Assembly: GCF_009834535.1 (NCBI RefSeq)
Contig: NC_045696.1
Location: forward strand, 15,936,001-16,000,000
Length of the DNA stretch: 64,000 nucleotides
Direction of reading: 5' to 3'
DNA from: Camelus ferus
Lineage: Eukaryota
Under the pieces are notes generated by a model, which saw nothing but the letters and a program-made list of their open reading frames with translations, ran no database searches and was not told the DNA's origin. The position numbers were made by a program, and so were the translations under genes. Of this stretch, positions 23,601-34,799 are shown in pieces. The number at the start of each line of letters is the position of its first letter. The first letter of the stretch is position 1.

Positions 23601-25963
23601 GAAGCCTTCTGGATGAATATTTCACTTGCTCACTCACTCTTCAAAACAAAAAGGCCCCCGAGATTCTAGGAGACCAGGTAGTTCCATGGACAGTACATCA
23701 CGGTCTCATTCACATCTCATTTCCTTGCCTTCTCTGTACCTTCAAAATTCACGTGATTCCACAGGCCACTCCCAGAAACAGCTAAGTGTCCTCGGAGCTA
23801 GCCTGACCCAAGCTTGTCTAACAAGGCCAAATCCTCTTCTAATGTCAGACAAACTGAGGAACGTAGGATGTAGTCCTCAAAACTAGTGAGGGAAGGTTCT
23901 AGAGAGGCTGGCTGTCCAAACTGGCCTGGTTCTAAACGAATCAGTCCTGAGCAGACACTTTGACATAAGCTCTCCCCGCTCAGGATGAATGTTCAGTGCA
24001 GAAACGTGTGAGAGAAAACCTCTTAAAAGGATGAGTTGCAGCAAAATTCCGAAAGCCTTGAAAACGGGGAAGAAGAAGTGCCAGAAGCAGATCCTCAGAG
24101 CGTGTTATATCCAAATGCATCATCTGTTCTGACAGGCGGATTTCACAGGGAGCCAAGCCTTGACAATTCTCCTCCCCTGGTTTCTAAAACCTGCTCCCCT
24201 AGCAACCCATCACCAAGCGGTGCAGTGACACTACACTGCAGGTGTGCTCTTTGCTGTCACGTCCCTCTCGGGGAGGCTAATTTATTCAGATGGATGGTGC
24301 AGGTGGAGAGGGAGGGTTGAGCAGAAGATGGGAGCAGCTGCACACCTCCACCGTCCCCCCGATGTATACCCAGTGCATCTCCCCTTTATGCTCCAGCTCT
24401 TAAAATTAATAAAATTTCCACCTTGGAAACGCTATTGAGGAGTAATGAGTTAGATTATTTGCTTGGGCGGGGTGGGTGGGGCATTTGTTTCATTTCTTTG
24501 ATAGTAAGTAGGGTAGCAAAACAATGCCAGTCTACTATAGGGTGTTGACATACTGGAACAACATCAGAGAAAAGCTAGTAACATAATGGTCGAATCTCGC
24601 GCAGTGAGAGCTTTGTATATTTTAATTCTGATTGTGGAAGGGAATAAGGAGGAAGCTTATAAATAAATAAACAAAAACTACATTAAAAGTGTTGTGGAGA
24701 TGATTATATAAGATTCTAAGTATATACACACACACACACAACTAAGTTTAGTAAATATTAGACCAGGGTTGAACAGGGACCCTACCCTTAATATCTACCA
24801 TATTAGCAGATGAAGAGATAGAGCTCTAAGATATTTTAATAAATATTTACATAATATGGCTATCCTAGGTCAATAGAGGTTAAAGCAACAGAAAGTTTGC
24901 CTTTAGGCTGAAATACGACAGGCTGATGCTAGTTCCATTTTCCTGTATGTTTGCAGCAATTCTAGAAGATATACCTCTCCACTGACCCATGTGTTTCTAT
25001 TTTGAGCTCTAAACCATCCCTACTGCCTTGGCCCAGAGGTGATTTGGAAGTCAAACCGGAATATCCCACAGTGTGAACTTCTTAAACAGCTTGCTATTTG
25101 TCTCAAATGGTAACTCCTTTCCTAAAAGGACAAATGCTAGATTGATGTTGATTTCCTGATAAATTTAAATAAGTTACATCTTTTGGTCCAAATCCTAATT
25201 CCTCTCCCCACTATGGCTCACTTGTTCAAACATTTATTTACTATTCCAGACCCAGGTGGTGACCTAGGAGGTGCCTGATTTTCCCTTCTCCCACAGATGC
25301 ACCAAATGTACAGCCACACACAGAGCGATTCCCTCTAAGAGATTCAGGAACTAGACAAGGGCCTGCTACACATCAGATGACTGAGAAAATCCATCAAAAG
25401 AGATAGGAAAGGCTGATACACATTCGTGCCATCATTTGCCCGGCACAGCAACACACAATCCTCCAAACTCCCAGCATCTCCCTGAAGAAACAGGGGTTTG
25501 GACCCCACATCCGGCTCCCCAACCTTTAAGACTCCCCCAGAGAGACTGCCCCCAAGTCCTTAGCTATGATAGCCAGTGGGGCTTCTGTTCACAAGTCCCA
25601 CAGGACTGTAGCAAACAAAGAAAAGGTTGTTAACCGAGCACATGTGAACTCAACGCAGTGCGAAGAGAGCGTTTGCTTACTTTACAAGCTGCTGCTGGAG
25701 AGTCTGGCTTCTAATGAGTACGCATTTCGATCCTCCCCAGAGCCCGAATGAGCTGGTGGGTACTTCCTGCCTCCCCGCTCTGGCTCATCACAACAATAAA
25801 AACAAGTGTCCAGTATCTGCCTGGAAGGTCTATGTCCACATACCTAGTGCTCCAACTTTTACAGCTGCCACCTAAAGCCTCAAAATGACCCAGCTCTGAT
25901 GGCCAACAGGGTTGGCATTCACAAGTCCCACAGGACTACAGCAGTTGTTCAACAGGTGCCGGA

Positions 25964-26007
25964 GCGCGCGCGCGCGCGCGCGCACACACCCACACACACA
26001 CACACAC
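25964..26007. repeat. (CG)9 followed by (CA)n microsatellite
   Basis: Read directly. Confidence 0.97.
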
Positions 26008-26365
26008 CCTGCAGCTCTACACCCGGACTCAGTGGGAAGGGAGCAGGCAAAAGTGCCCATCTCCCAGTTTCTCCCAGGAAGGAGACTGCCAGCTCCCTTT
26101 CCCAGTTCCTGCCTGAGGGTCCAGCCTGCCCCAGGGAAATGCAAATCAAAACCACAGTAAGATATCACCTCACACCTGTTAGGATTTCTGTTATCAAACA
26201 GACAAGAAAGAACAAGTGTTGATGAGAAGGTACAGAAAGGGGACTCTTGAGCACACACGGTGGGAGTGTAAATTGGTGCAGCCACTACGGAAAACAGCAT
26301 GGACATTTCTCAACAAGTTAAAAGCAGGTCTGCCATGTGACCCAGTAACCCCACTCCTGGGTATA

Positions 26366-26847
26366 CACGCAGACCTCGTTTCATTGCACTTCTCTTCACT
26401 GTGCCTCCCAGATGCTGTGTTTTTCACAAACTGAAGGTTTGTGGCAATCTTGCATCCAGCAAGTCTGTTGGTGCCATTTCCCCAACAGCATTGGCTCATT
26501 CCGTGTCTGTGTCACACGTTGGTAATTCCTTCAGTAGTTCAAGCTTTTTCATCATTGTTTTATTTGTTATGATGATCTGTGATCAGCTATCTTTGATGTC
26601 ACTACTATAGCTTGCAGAAAGCTCAGATGATGGTTAGCATATTTTTAGCAATAAAGTAGTTTTTAATTAAGGTATGTACATTTTTTAGACATAATGCTAT
26701 CACACACTTAACAGGTTACAGTATAATGTAACATAACTCTTATATGCACTGGAACACCAAAAAATTCACGTTAACTATCTTTATTGTGATGTTCACTTTA
26801 TTTTGGTGGTCTGGAACTAAAGCTGCAATATTATTAAGGTGTTTCTG
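26366..26847 (+). mobile_element. Tigger1a-like MITE inserted at a TA in L1 ORF2
   Basis: ggtata|cacgcagacctcg...aggtgtttctg|aatatccaaagg; collinear with 4854-5342. Confidence 0.9.
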
Positions 26848-27341
26848 AATATCCAAAGGAAACAGAAATCACCATCTCAAAGAGATATCTGTTTTCCTAT
26901 GTTCATTGTGGCATTTTTCACAATAGATAAATTATGGAAACAATTTAAGCATCCTTTGACAGATGAACAGATAAAGAAAATGTGATAGATACAGATATAG
27001 ATACAGATATAGACACAATGGAATACTATTCAGCCTTAAAAAGAAAACACTTGCAACAACATGAATGAATCTGGAAGGCATTATGCTAAGTGAAATAAGC
27101 CAGACAGAGAAAGACAAATACCATATGTTGTCACTTTTATTTGGAATCTAAAAAAAAAAAAACAGTTGAACTCACAGAAGCAGAGTAGAAAGGTGGTTGC
27201 CAGGGGCTGGGGTGTGGGGGAAATAGGGAGAGGCTGGTAAAAGGGTACAAACTTTCAGTTATATGATAAGGTCTGAGTATCTAATATACAACATGATGAC
27301 TATAGTTAATAATACTATTTTGTGTAATTGAAATTAGCTGA

Positions 27342-27829
27342 AATGGATAAAGAAGATGTGGTATATTTACACAATGGAATACTATTCAGCCATAAAAACC
27401 GACAACATAACACCATGTGCAGCAACATGGATGTTCCTGGAGAATGTCATTCTAAGTGAAGTAAGCCAGAAAGAGAAAGAAAAATACCATATGAGATCGC
27501 TCATGTGTGGAATCTAAAAAAAAAAATTGATAAATACAAAACAGAAACAGACTCATAGACATAGAATACAAACTTGTGGTTGCCAAGGGGGCGGGGAGTG
27601 GGAAGGGACAGATTGGGATTTCAAAATGTAGAACAGATAAACAAGATTATACTGTATATCACAAGGAAATATATACAAGATCTTATGGTAGCTCACAGCG
27701 AAAAAAAATGTGACAATGAATATATGTATGTTCATGTATAACTGAAAAATTGTGTTCTACACTGGAAATTGACACAACATTGTAAAATGACTATAACTCA
27801 ATAAAAAAATTGTTAAAAAAAAAAAAAAA
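27342..27829 (+). mobile_element. Young camelid-type L1 3' end
   Basis: Perfect 12-bp TSD gaaattagctga (27330-27341 / 27830-27841); poly(A) tail. Confidence 0.95.
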
Positions 27830-27954
27830 GAAATTAGCTGAGCGTAAAACCTAGGTACTTAAGTATTCTCACCCCTCAAAAAAGGTAAAAATGCAAGGTG
27901 ACGGATGAGTTAGTTAACTCAATGGTGGGAACCCTCTCACAATGCATATGTATA

Positions 27955-28364
27955 TGTTGGTTCCCAAACTTAGAGCTCCCCCACTCATCAATACACAGAG
28001 GGCAAAGAGAGACCAAAGAAAGAGGGAGACCGCTCCCAGATTAGCAGGTGGCAGTTTTAACAAGTAAGAGTACTTACATACAAGACTTGTCTTGGGCGGC
28101 TACAAGAAGAACATATCTCCACACCCTCTAGCCAGAATCTTAAAAGTTTACACAGAGGCCTTAATGGGGTTCAGTCACATACACAGTCCAGATGGTCTCA
28201 ACACCTTGCTTTCTCAAGGCTGCCCTTGAGAACGATTCCTACTGTGGGAACAGTAGATGGATGTACCTTCCAAAGACTCAGGGAGGAGGTAAGGAGCCTC
28301 TGATTGCCAGGTCCAGCTCACAGGTAAACCAGCTGTCATACCCTCTAGATGATCTCCTCCAATA
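27955..28364 (-). mobile_element. ERVL-class solo LTR
   Basis: tgttgg...ccaata termini, 5-bp TSD gtata/gtata; reverse complement aligns to 43306-43738. Confidence 0.9.
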
Positions 28365-28460
28365 GTATATCAAATCACCATATTGTATACTTTAAATATA
28401 TTATAATTTCATTTGTCAGTTACACCTCAGCAAACCTGGAAAAGTTAACATTTATCTCCT

Positions 28461-29150
28461 GAGCTTCTGTTATTGCACAAGGCATTGAAAACATATATGA
28501 AAATTTTAAAACCCTGAAACTTGCCCTTAAGGAAATTTCTATCAAAATAAAAATATTAATACAGTCAATGAATTGTTATAATTCCAGATTGAAAACAATT
28601 CATAAAACAGAAATGTAATAATAAAGTACTATAATGATTCAGAAAGGAGAGAGTATTTTTATGGGGATTAACAGAAAAAATAGTGTGAAAGAAATGACAT
28701 TTAAACTGGAAATGACATTTAAACTGGATTTTGAAGGAAAGATGGAAAGATGAAATTTGGATATTTAAATCATGGAGGAATAAAAAGCACTCCAGAAAAG
28801 GCAAGAACTTGAATAAAGCAGAGAACAATAAAAAAAAAAGTTGTGTGAGGATAACAACTGGTTTAGTCTGGCTGGAATACAGACATCACGAAAAAAAAAA
28901 TAGAGCGAAATAAAGCTGGAAGACTGTGGAAGGCCTGAAATGCCAGGAGAAGATTTTGAGTGGAGACTCTTGAAGATATTTTGAGCAGTGGTGCAGCATT
29001 GTCAAGCGCTTTGGGATGATTGATTGGGCAGCCATGTCTCAGACAGTTTTGTTAGAGAGAAAGGAACTGACTGCAACTGCTTAATAAGTGGTTGTGAAGG
29101 GTCAACACAAGGCCGTGAGAATGGAAATGGAAGGAGGCAAAGGGGTCAGA
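28461..29150 (-). mobile_element. L2 fragment (target of the L1 at 25243; its 3' tip lies at about 25218-25242)
   Basis: cttgcccttaagga, gacatttaaactggattttgaagga, gactgtggaaggcctgaaatgccagg. Confidence 0.65.
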
Positions 29151-29569
29151 AAGCAGAATGGACAGGAGCTGGCGTCAGCTGGAGCAAGAGCAAAGTTAAC
29201 CGGGGCTGATGAGTTTCAGAGCCTACGTGATTAGAAGCACCGTGTCTCTTTGCAAGAAGAGAGAAGAGCTGAGACCTGGCTCCATCAGGAAGACGCTGGC
29301 ATGAAGAAGTGGTGACACTGATAACCACTGCCAGGCGACAGGGAGGGTTGCCCGTGTGGAGTGTCATAAAGCCACTGGAAGCAGAAATAGCAATTTTTTA
29401 TACATATATATGCACACATATGCACACAGAGCCATGATCGGACGGGAGTGGGTAGTATCATGATAGAGTCACAATTTATTTTCAGAAAGAAACGGTGGAG
29501 CTCTCCTGCTGGGGGCTCATCGAAACGTGTCAAAGGAATCGCAGAGAAAGTGCTGAATAATGTTGGCAC

Positions 29570-30240
29570 CCTCCACGGCCAGGTGGGAACGGATATGAAC
29601 CCACCTTTTGGAAAGCATTTGGGTAAAATGTCCATTAAAATTTTCATAAAATAAGGCCACATTATTTCACTTCCAGGAGCAGAATCTAAGTAAATTATCC
29701 AAATATAGGGAAGCTTCTTATAGGCAATCATCACTGCATTATTAAAATGAGTCAAGTAAATATTCTATACCTGGTTGGGATTAAGGGTACTTGAATGTAA
29801 ACATTTATCAGAACTCATCAAATTATTCTCTTAGGATCGGTACATTCACTATAAATTTTATCTCAAAAATTAAATAATAAGTATATATAAACACAATTTC
29901 CTTCTTACAAATAAAAGAGCCAAATACCAAATTAACCCAAATGGCCCAACACAGAGAACTATTACCCTTGGAGGATCCATTTGATTCTATCCCATGATGT
30001 TATTAAAGTAAAGATTTAATCTTGAGTGTTCTTAATAATATAGGAAACATATGTTAAGACATAGGTTAAAAAATAAATACAAAATGCTATAGAGAATATA
30101 ATCATAAGAGTGTCAAAATATGCACCAGAGACAGACTGAAGTTTAGTATGTCTAAATATTAACAGTAATTGTCATGATGGGATTATGAATGTTTTTCTTC
30201 CTTTTTTTTTCTGTATTTTCTATATGTTATATAATGAGCC
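29570..30240 (+). mobile_element. L1ME-like 3' fragments
   Basis: ccttttggaaagcatttgg, atttcacttccaggag, tcactgcattatt. Confidence 0.5.
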
Positions 30241-31189
30241 TTATTAGAGCAAGTAAATTTCTTTTATTATCTTCAATATTGAATCAGGCGCAGCTCCCAG
30301 TCACTTCCCACCCCCTCTCCATGTGCTTCTCAAGCAAATTAGCAGCCTGGATGGCACCACTCCTAATCAAGGATAAGAATTAATCCAAAAGGATCTAACA
30401 TAAATACAATCCAAAATGGAAATTCCTTCCATAAATCAAGTTAGCAAATTCATAACCACATTGGAAATAAGGTTTAACAGCAGGCTAGAAAAATAAGAGA
30501 TTTCTAGAAGTAACAGAGCAACAGAAAATAGACTGGCAAAATAACCCAGAAGAGCTGAGGAACCACTCTCGGTAGACACATAAAACATCCCCCAGTGGCG
30601 CTCTTTCCTGGAGAACTCCAGAATAACGCCGCAGTCAGAGGCAGTGGAGGCAGGGAGGACAGTGTGCCAGTGTACGAGGTAATTCACTGAAGAGTGGCAC
30701 AGATAAGGCAGCAGCTCGCACTCCCCCGTCTATTGCGTTTGTCCCCAGCTTAGAGCTACGACTGGCCCTCCTAAGAACTCTGACGTGTGAGACGATCAGG
30801 GTGGCTACTGAGCAGAAGAAAGGGACAGTTCCTTCCTGCCAGGAGGTACCAGCAGCCTCATTCCCAGAAGTCCAGCCTCCTTCACACTTTCCCAGCCTCC
30901 CTTTGGTCCTCTTCTCCTGTAGACACACCAGAGGTAATTAGAGTTTGCATCAGTGGCCAGACAAACAGGGATGCTCATCTGGGCTGAGAAGATACACCCG
31001 AAAGCAACGAACTGTTCCATCTAGAACCTCAACCATAAATAAGAGCAAACAAGAAACACTAAGCATTTATGGAAGTTAACACCACAAAAGAGACACTCTG
31101 AACTCAGTAAATACCTATTACAGGAAAAATGTGTTTTTACTGGAAAAAAACTTTATTATAATAAAAAATTAAGTATAAATATTGGGCAA

Positions 31190-33250
31190 AAAGCCAGAAC
31201 AACTATTATTATCAAACAATGTGAGTGTCCATCTAGAATACTTGAAAGATTCTACTAATAAATTTTTAGGACAAAGGATTTAGTTAGGTGAATACATGAT
31301 CAACATATGAGAATTAATAGTAGCTTTTTTTATACCTAAAATAACTAATTAGAATGTACTTAAAGATTCTATTATAATAGCAAAGAAAAACATTACATAT
31401 TATAATTAAGTCCAAGAAGAGATATGTAATACATTTATGGAGAATGTTGTAAAATTTTGCTGAAGAAAGAAAAAGAAGCTCTAAATTAACAGAAGGGTAA
31501 CCAAGGTTCTGGATGGAAAGACTCAATATTAAAAATATCAGATCTGTCCAAGTTTATATATGAATTTGATATAATTCCCAATCAGAATTCTAAAAGGCTG
31601 TTTTACAAAATAAATGAAATGACACAGATAGTAAAACCTGGAAAAACAGAATGATGAGGGGGACCTTACACAACCATTCTAAATATGAAAAATAGCGTGG
31701 CATTGGTCCAAGAATAGATAAAGAGATCAATATGAAAAGATAAAGCAGGTGATATTTCAAATCAGGAGAGAAAATAATTCAATACATACTGTTGGAATAA
31801 TGGGCTAATCTTTTACAGACAGATTAAAAACTAAGCTCAATGAAACATTAAAAGCATTAAAAATGATATAAGTATTAGAAAAAATATAGAACTTTATGTC
31901 TTAAAGGGGGAAATTCTCTCATAAGCAAAGACAACAAAAGCCATAAAGTTAAAAGATTTGGCTATATAAAAACTCAAATATTTTGAATAATGTAAAGCTT
32001 ATAAAATTGAAAGATGAGATACCAACTGGGGGAAAATATTTTCAACATTTGTAATAGATAAGTATTAATAACCAATGTAAATGGCCCCTAGAAATTAATA
32101 AAAAGTGAAAAAAAGCTTACTAAAAATAGACGAATTCACAAAGAAATATGTGTCTACGGAGTATTTTTATAAAATGCTGAAGCTCCATTGTAATTTGAAA
32201 TATGCAAATTTTTTAAATAATGAGTTAATATTTTTAACTTACAGTCAAAAATGAAAAAGCAGGATAATATTCCATTTTGACAAGGGTGAATATAGGGAAA
32301 CAGACTCTAGTCTTTGGAACAGTAAATTGGAACAGACTTTTTGAAGTACAATTTTTTGATACTTTTCAAAATTTTATTTGTGTATTTTCTTATATCTACA
32401 AAGTCCCCTTCTAGGAGTATATGTGATAAGTAAATCACAGTATCCACACCGAGGACTGTTCACTGAAACCTGGAAGACATTATGCTAAGTGAAATAAGCC
32501 AGACAGGGAAAGACAAATATTGCATGACCTCACTTCAATGTGGAATCTGAAAAAAATCAAACTCAAAGAAACAGAGAGTTGAATGGTGGTTACCAGGAGC
32601 TGGGGGATAAGGGAAGTGGGGAGATGTTGGTCAAACAGCATAAACTTCCAGTTATAAGATGAATAAGTTCCAGAGATCTAATGTACAGCATGGTGACTGT
32701 AGTTAATAATGTATTGTTTACTTGAAATTTGCAGAGGGTAGGTCTTAAGTATTCTCACCACACACAAGAAAAGGGAACTATATGAGCTGGTGGATACATT
32801 AACTAGCTTGACTGTAATTATTTCACAATGTCTACATACACCAAAGATCGCATTGTACATCTTAAATATATACAATTTTGATTTGTAAATCACACCTCAG
32901 GAATTCTGGGGGGAAAAAGAACTATTCACTGCAACATTTTAAGGTATGTGGCCAAGAACAGTAGGTGGTTAAAGAATCAATATTATAGTCATAGTGTACA
33001 GTGCTATGAAAGTCATTTTGTGGGAGAAAAGGAAGTAACAGCATAAAAAGATCACTGAGATACATTAGTGAAAACAAAATTCTTATGTATAAGCATACAC
33101 AGGAAAAGGTCAAAAAATTGACAACGCAAAGCATTACACAGTAGTCACTTATTTGACAGGGATGGGGTGAAGGACTGAGAGGAAGTAAAAGCTAACTTTC
33201 ACTTTTACTATCTATATTTTTTATTGTTTGACTTTTTTTAATGACCATAT
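31190..33250 (+). mobile_element. Highly decayed L1ME ORF2/3' region, interrupted at 32465-32915
   Basis: ggatggaaagactcaatatt, aattccaatcagaattc, tatgcaaatt, ccccttctaggag. Confidence 0.7.
32465..32915 (+). mobile_element. L1MA9/MA10-like 3'UTR
   Basis: cattatgctaagtgaaataagccagacag...taagatgaataagttccagagatctaatgtacagcatggtgact. Confidence 0.9.
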
Positions 33251-33668
33251 GTGGAGACCAGCAGGAATGATACACTCAGGAAAGTTTTTACAGTCATGAC
33301 AAATGTTTACTCAACCAAGGTAAAATACCTCGGCCATTTAAATAAAACAAAGGTATACCTGATGGTGGTGTGAGCATGGCTCCCTACAGCTTTCCTTGTG
33401 TGGGTCAGCTTCTTCAGGCAAGCCAGGTGAGGGTCTTGCCACATAGACTAGCCTTGTTCCTCTCTTCAAACTAGGGCTCTCTTTCCTCTGTTTCCTTCAG
33501 CCCAGGAAGTCACATCCTAGAGTCAGCCCCTGCCTTACACAGTGATGCTCCGCCCTGTGGATGGTCTCTCCCACCATCTAAATCCAGTCTCCCCATTCCT
33601 GATGCCAGATTTCTAACTCTCCCATCTAGGGAATGCTCTCAACTGGCAATGGTCTTATTGTTTAACAC
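33250..33668 (-). mobile_element. Possible ancient LTR (family unresolved)
   Basis: GC-richer block in AT-rich L1 terrain; minus strand ends agtaaa...ctccaca. Confidence 0.35.
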
Positions 33669-33779
33669 TTGTAAAATTCTTTCAAATCAAGGGGTAAAAA
33701 ATTAGAATATACATGAAAAGAAGTACCACAGGGGAAATGGCGGCGGGGAGGGGAAAGACTTAGACAAATAATTCTCTAC

Positions 33780-34700
33780 ACTCCCAATGAAATTAAAGAG
33801 GGACAAGAATTAACTGAAAAGAATTCTGAGGAGGGATATGAAATTAAAAAGGAAATAATAAAAGTGGTAAACGTGAACTGGCTGAGTTTACAAAAGATAT
33901 CAAAATTAACATTACAAACACCACAGAAATGAAAATGATAATAGAAACACAAAAACAATACAAAAGGTGCTATTTTTAAAGAGAATTGGAACATGGAAGA
34001 AAGACTTATAAAAATCCCAAAACTTAAATGGCAAAGAACAAAGAGACAAAGATAATTAGAAAGATATATATGGAGAGAGATCAAATAGAGCCAACGTGGG
34101 CTTGACCAGAAAAGGGAGTCAAGCAAATGAATCTGGAAATAATATTCAAATCTTAAGTAGAACACATTTCTGAAGTAAAGGGAGGCCTGAATGTGAGGAC
34201 CAAAGGGCATACCATGTCCCAGAGAAAAGCAATTCATTCTAGTAATCAATATAATATTTTCTGGGGAGGCTGCTTATCTTTAAGAATAAAAATAAAATTA
34301 TAGAAGCATTCAATCAGAAAAGTAATGCACCTACCAAGGAGGAAAATCAGAGTGAACTCAGATTTCTTCACAGCAACATTTAGTATCCCAAAAACTGTGA
34401 GCCAAGAAGTTTACAGATAGCCCCTCTTGTGGAACAAAACACTACTTGATGATAAATTCTCATCAAACAAGAGCTACAGTGAAAATAACTGAGAAAGGAA
34501 GAATTCATGGCACAAAAGTATTTGTGATTTGCATTGAGTTGATTAGAATATAGAAGTAGAGCTGAACAATTATGCGAACTTACAAACATTGAAATGTGCA
34601 AGTAAGAATATAACTAAGAAAAAATGGGCAATGGTGGAAAAAAGAGATGGAAGAAAGTATGAATATGCTAATTTCTTAATCTTTCAAATCCGGAGTTAAA
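33780..34700 (+). mobile_element. HAL1 / L1 ORF1-like remnant
   Basis: gaaaatcagagtgaactcagatttcttcacagcaaca; A-rich ORF1-like composition. Confidence 0.55.
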
Positions 34701-34799
34701 ATACATTATTTATTCCTGATGGTCCAAATTTCCCTCTGATTTCTCCCCTCTGTCTGAAGAAAAAATTCCTTTAGCAATTCTTTAGCTGTAATGTCAGGC

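Larger units (their letters stand above)
25243..28446 (+). mobile_element. L1MA9-like element: 5'UTR joined directly to ORF2 3' end plus 3'UTR, host of three later insertions
   Basis: 14-bp imperfect TSD aacatttatttact (25229-25242) / aacatttatctcct (28447-28460); 5'UTR-like 25243-26134; ORF2 end ([15 protein letters not shown]) from 26135. Confidence 0.8.

Noticed and set aside
24036..24320. Acidic protein-like ORF (QNSESLENGEEEVPEADPQ...)
   Set aside because: Non-ATG start, poor acceptor, no recognised homology or partner exons
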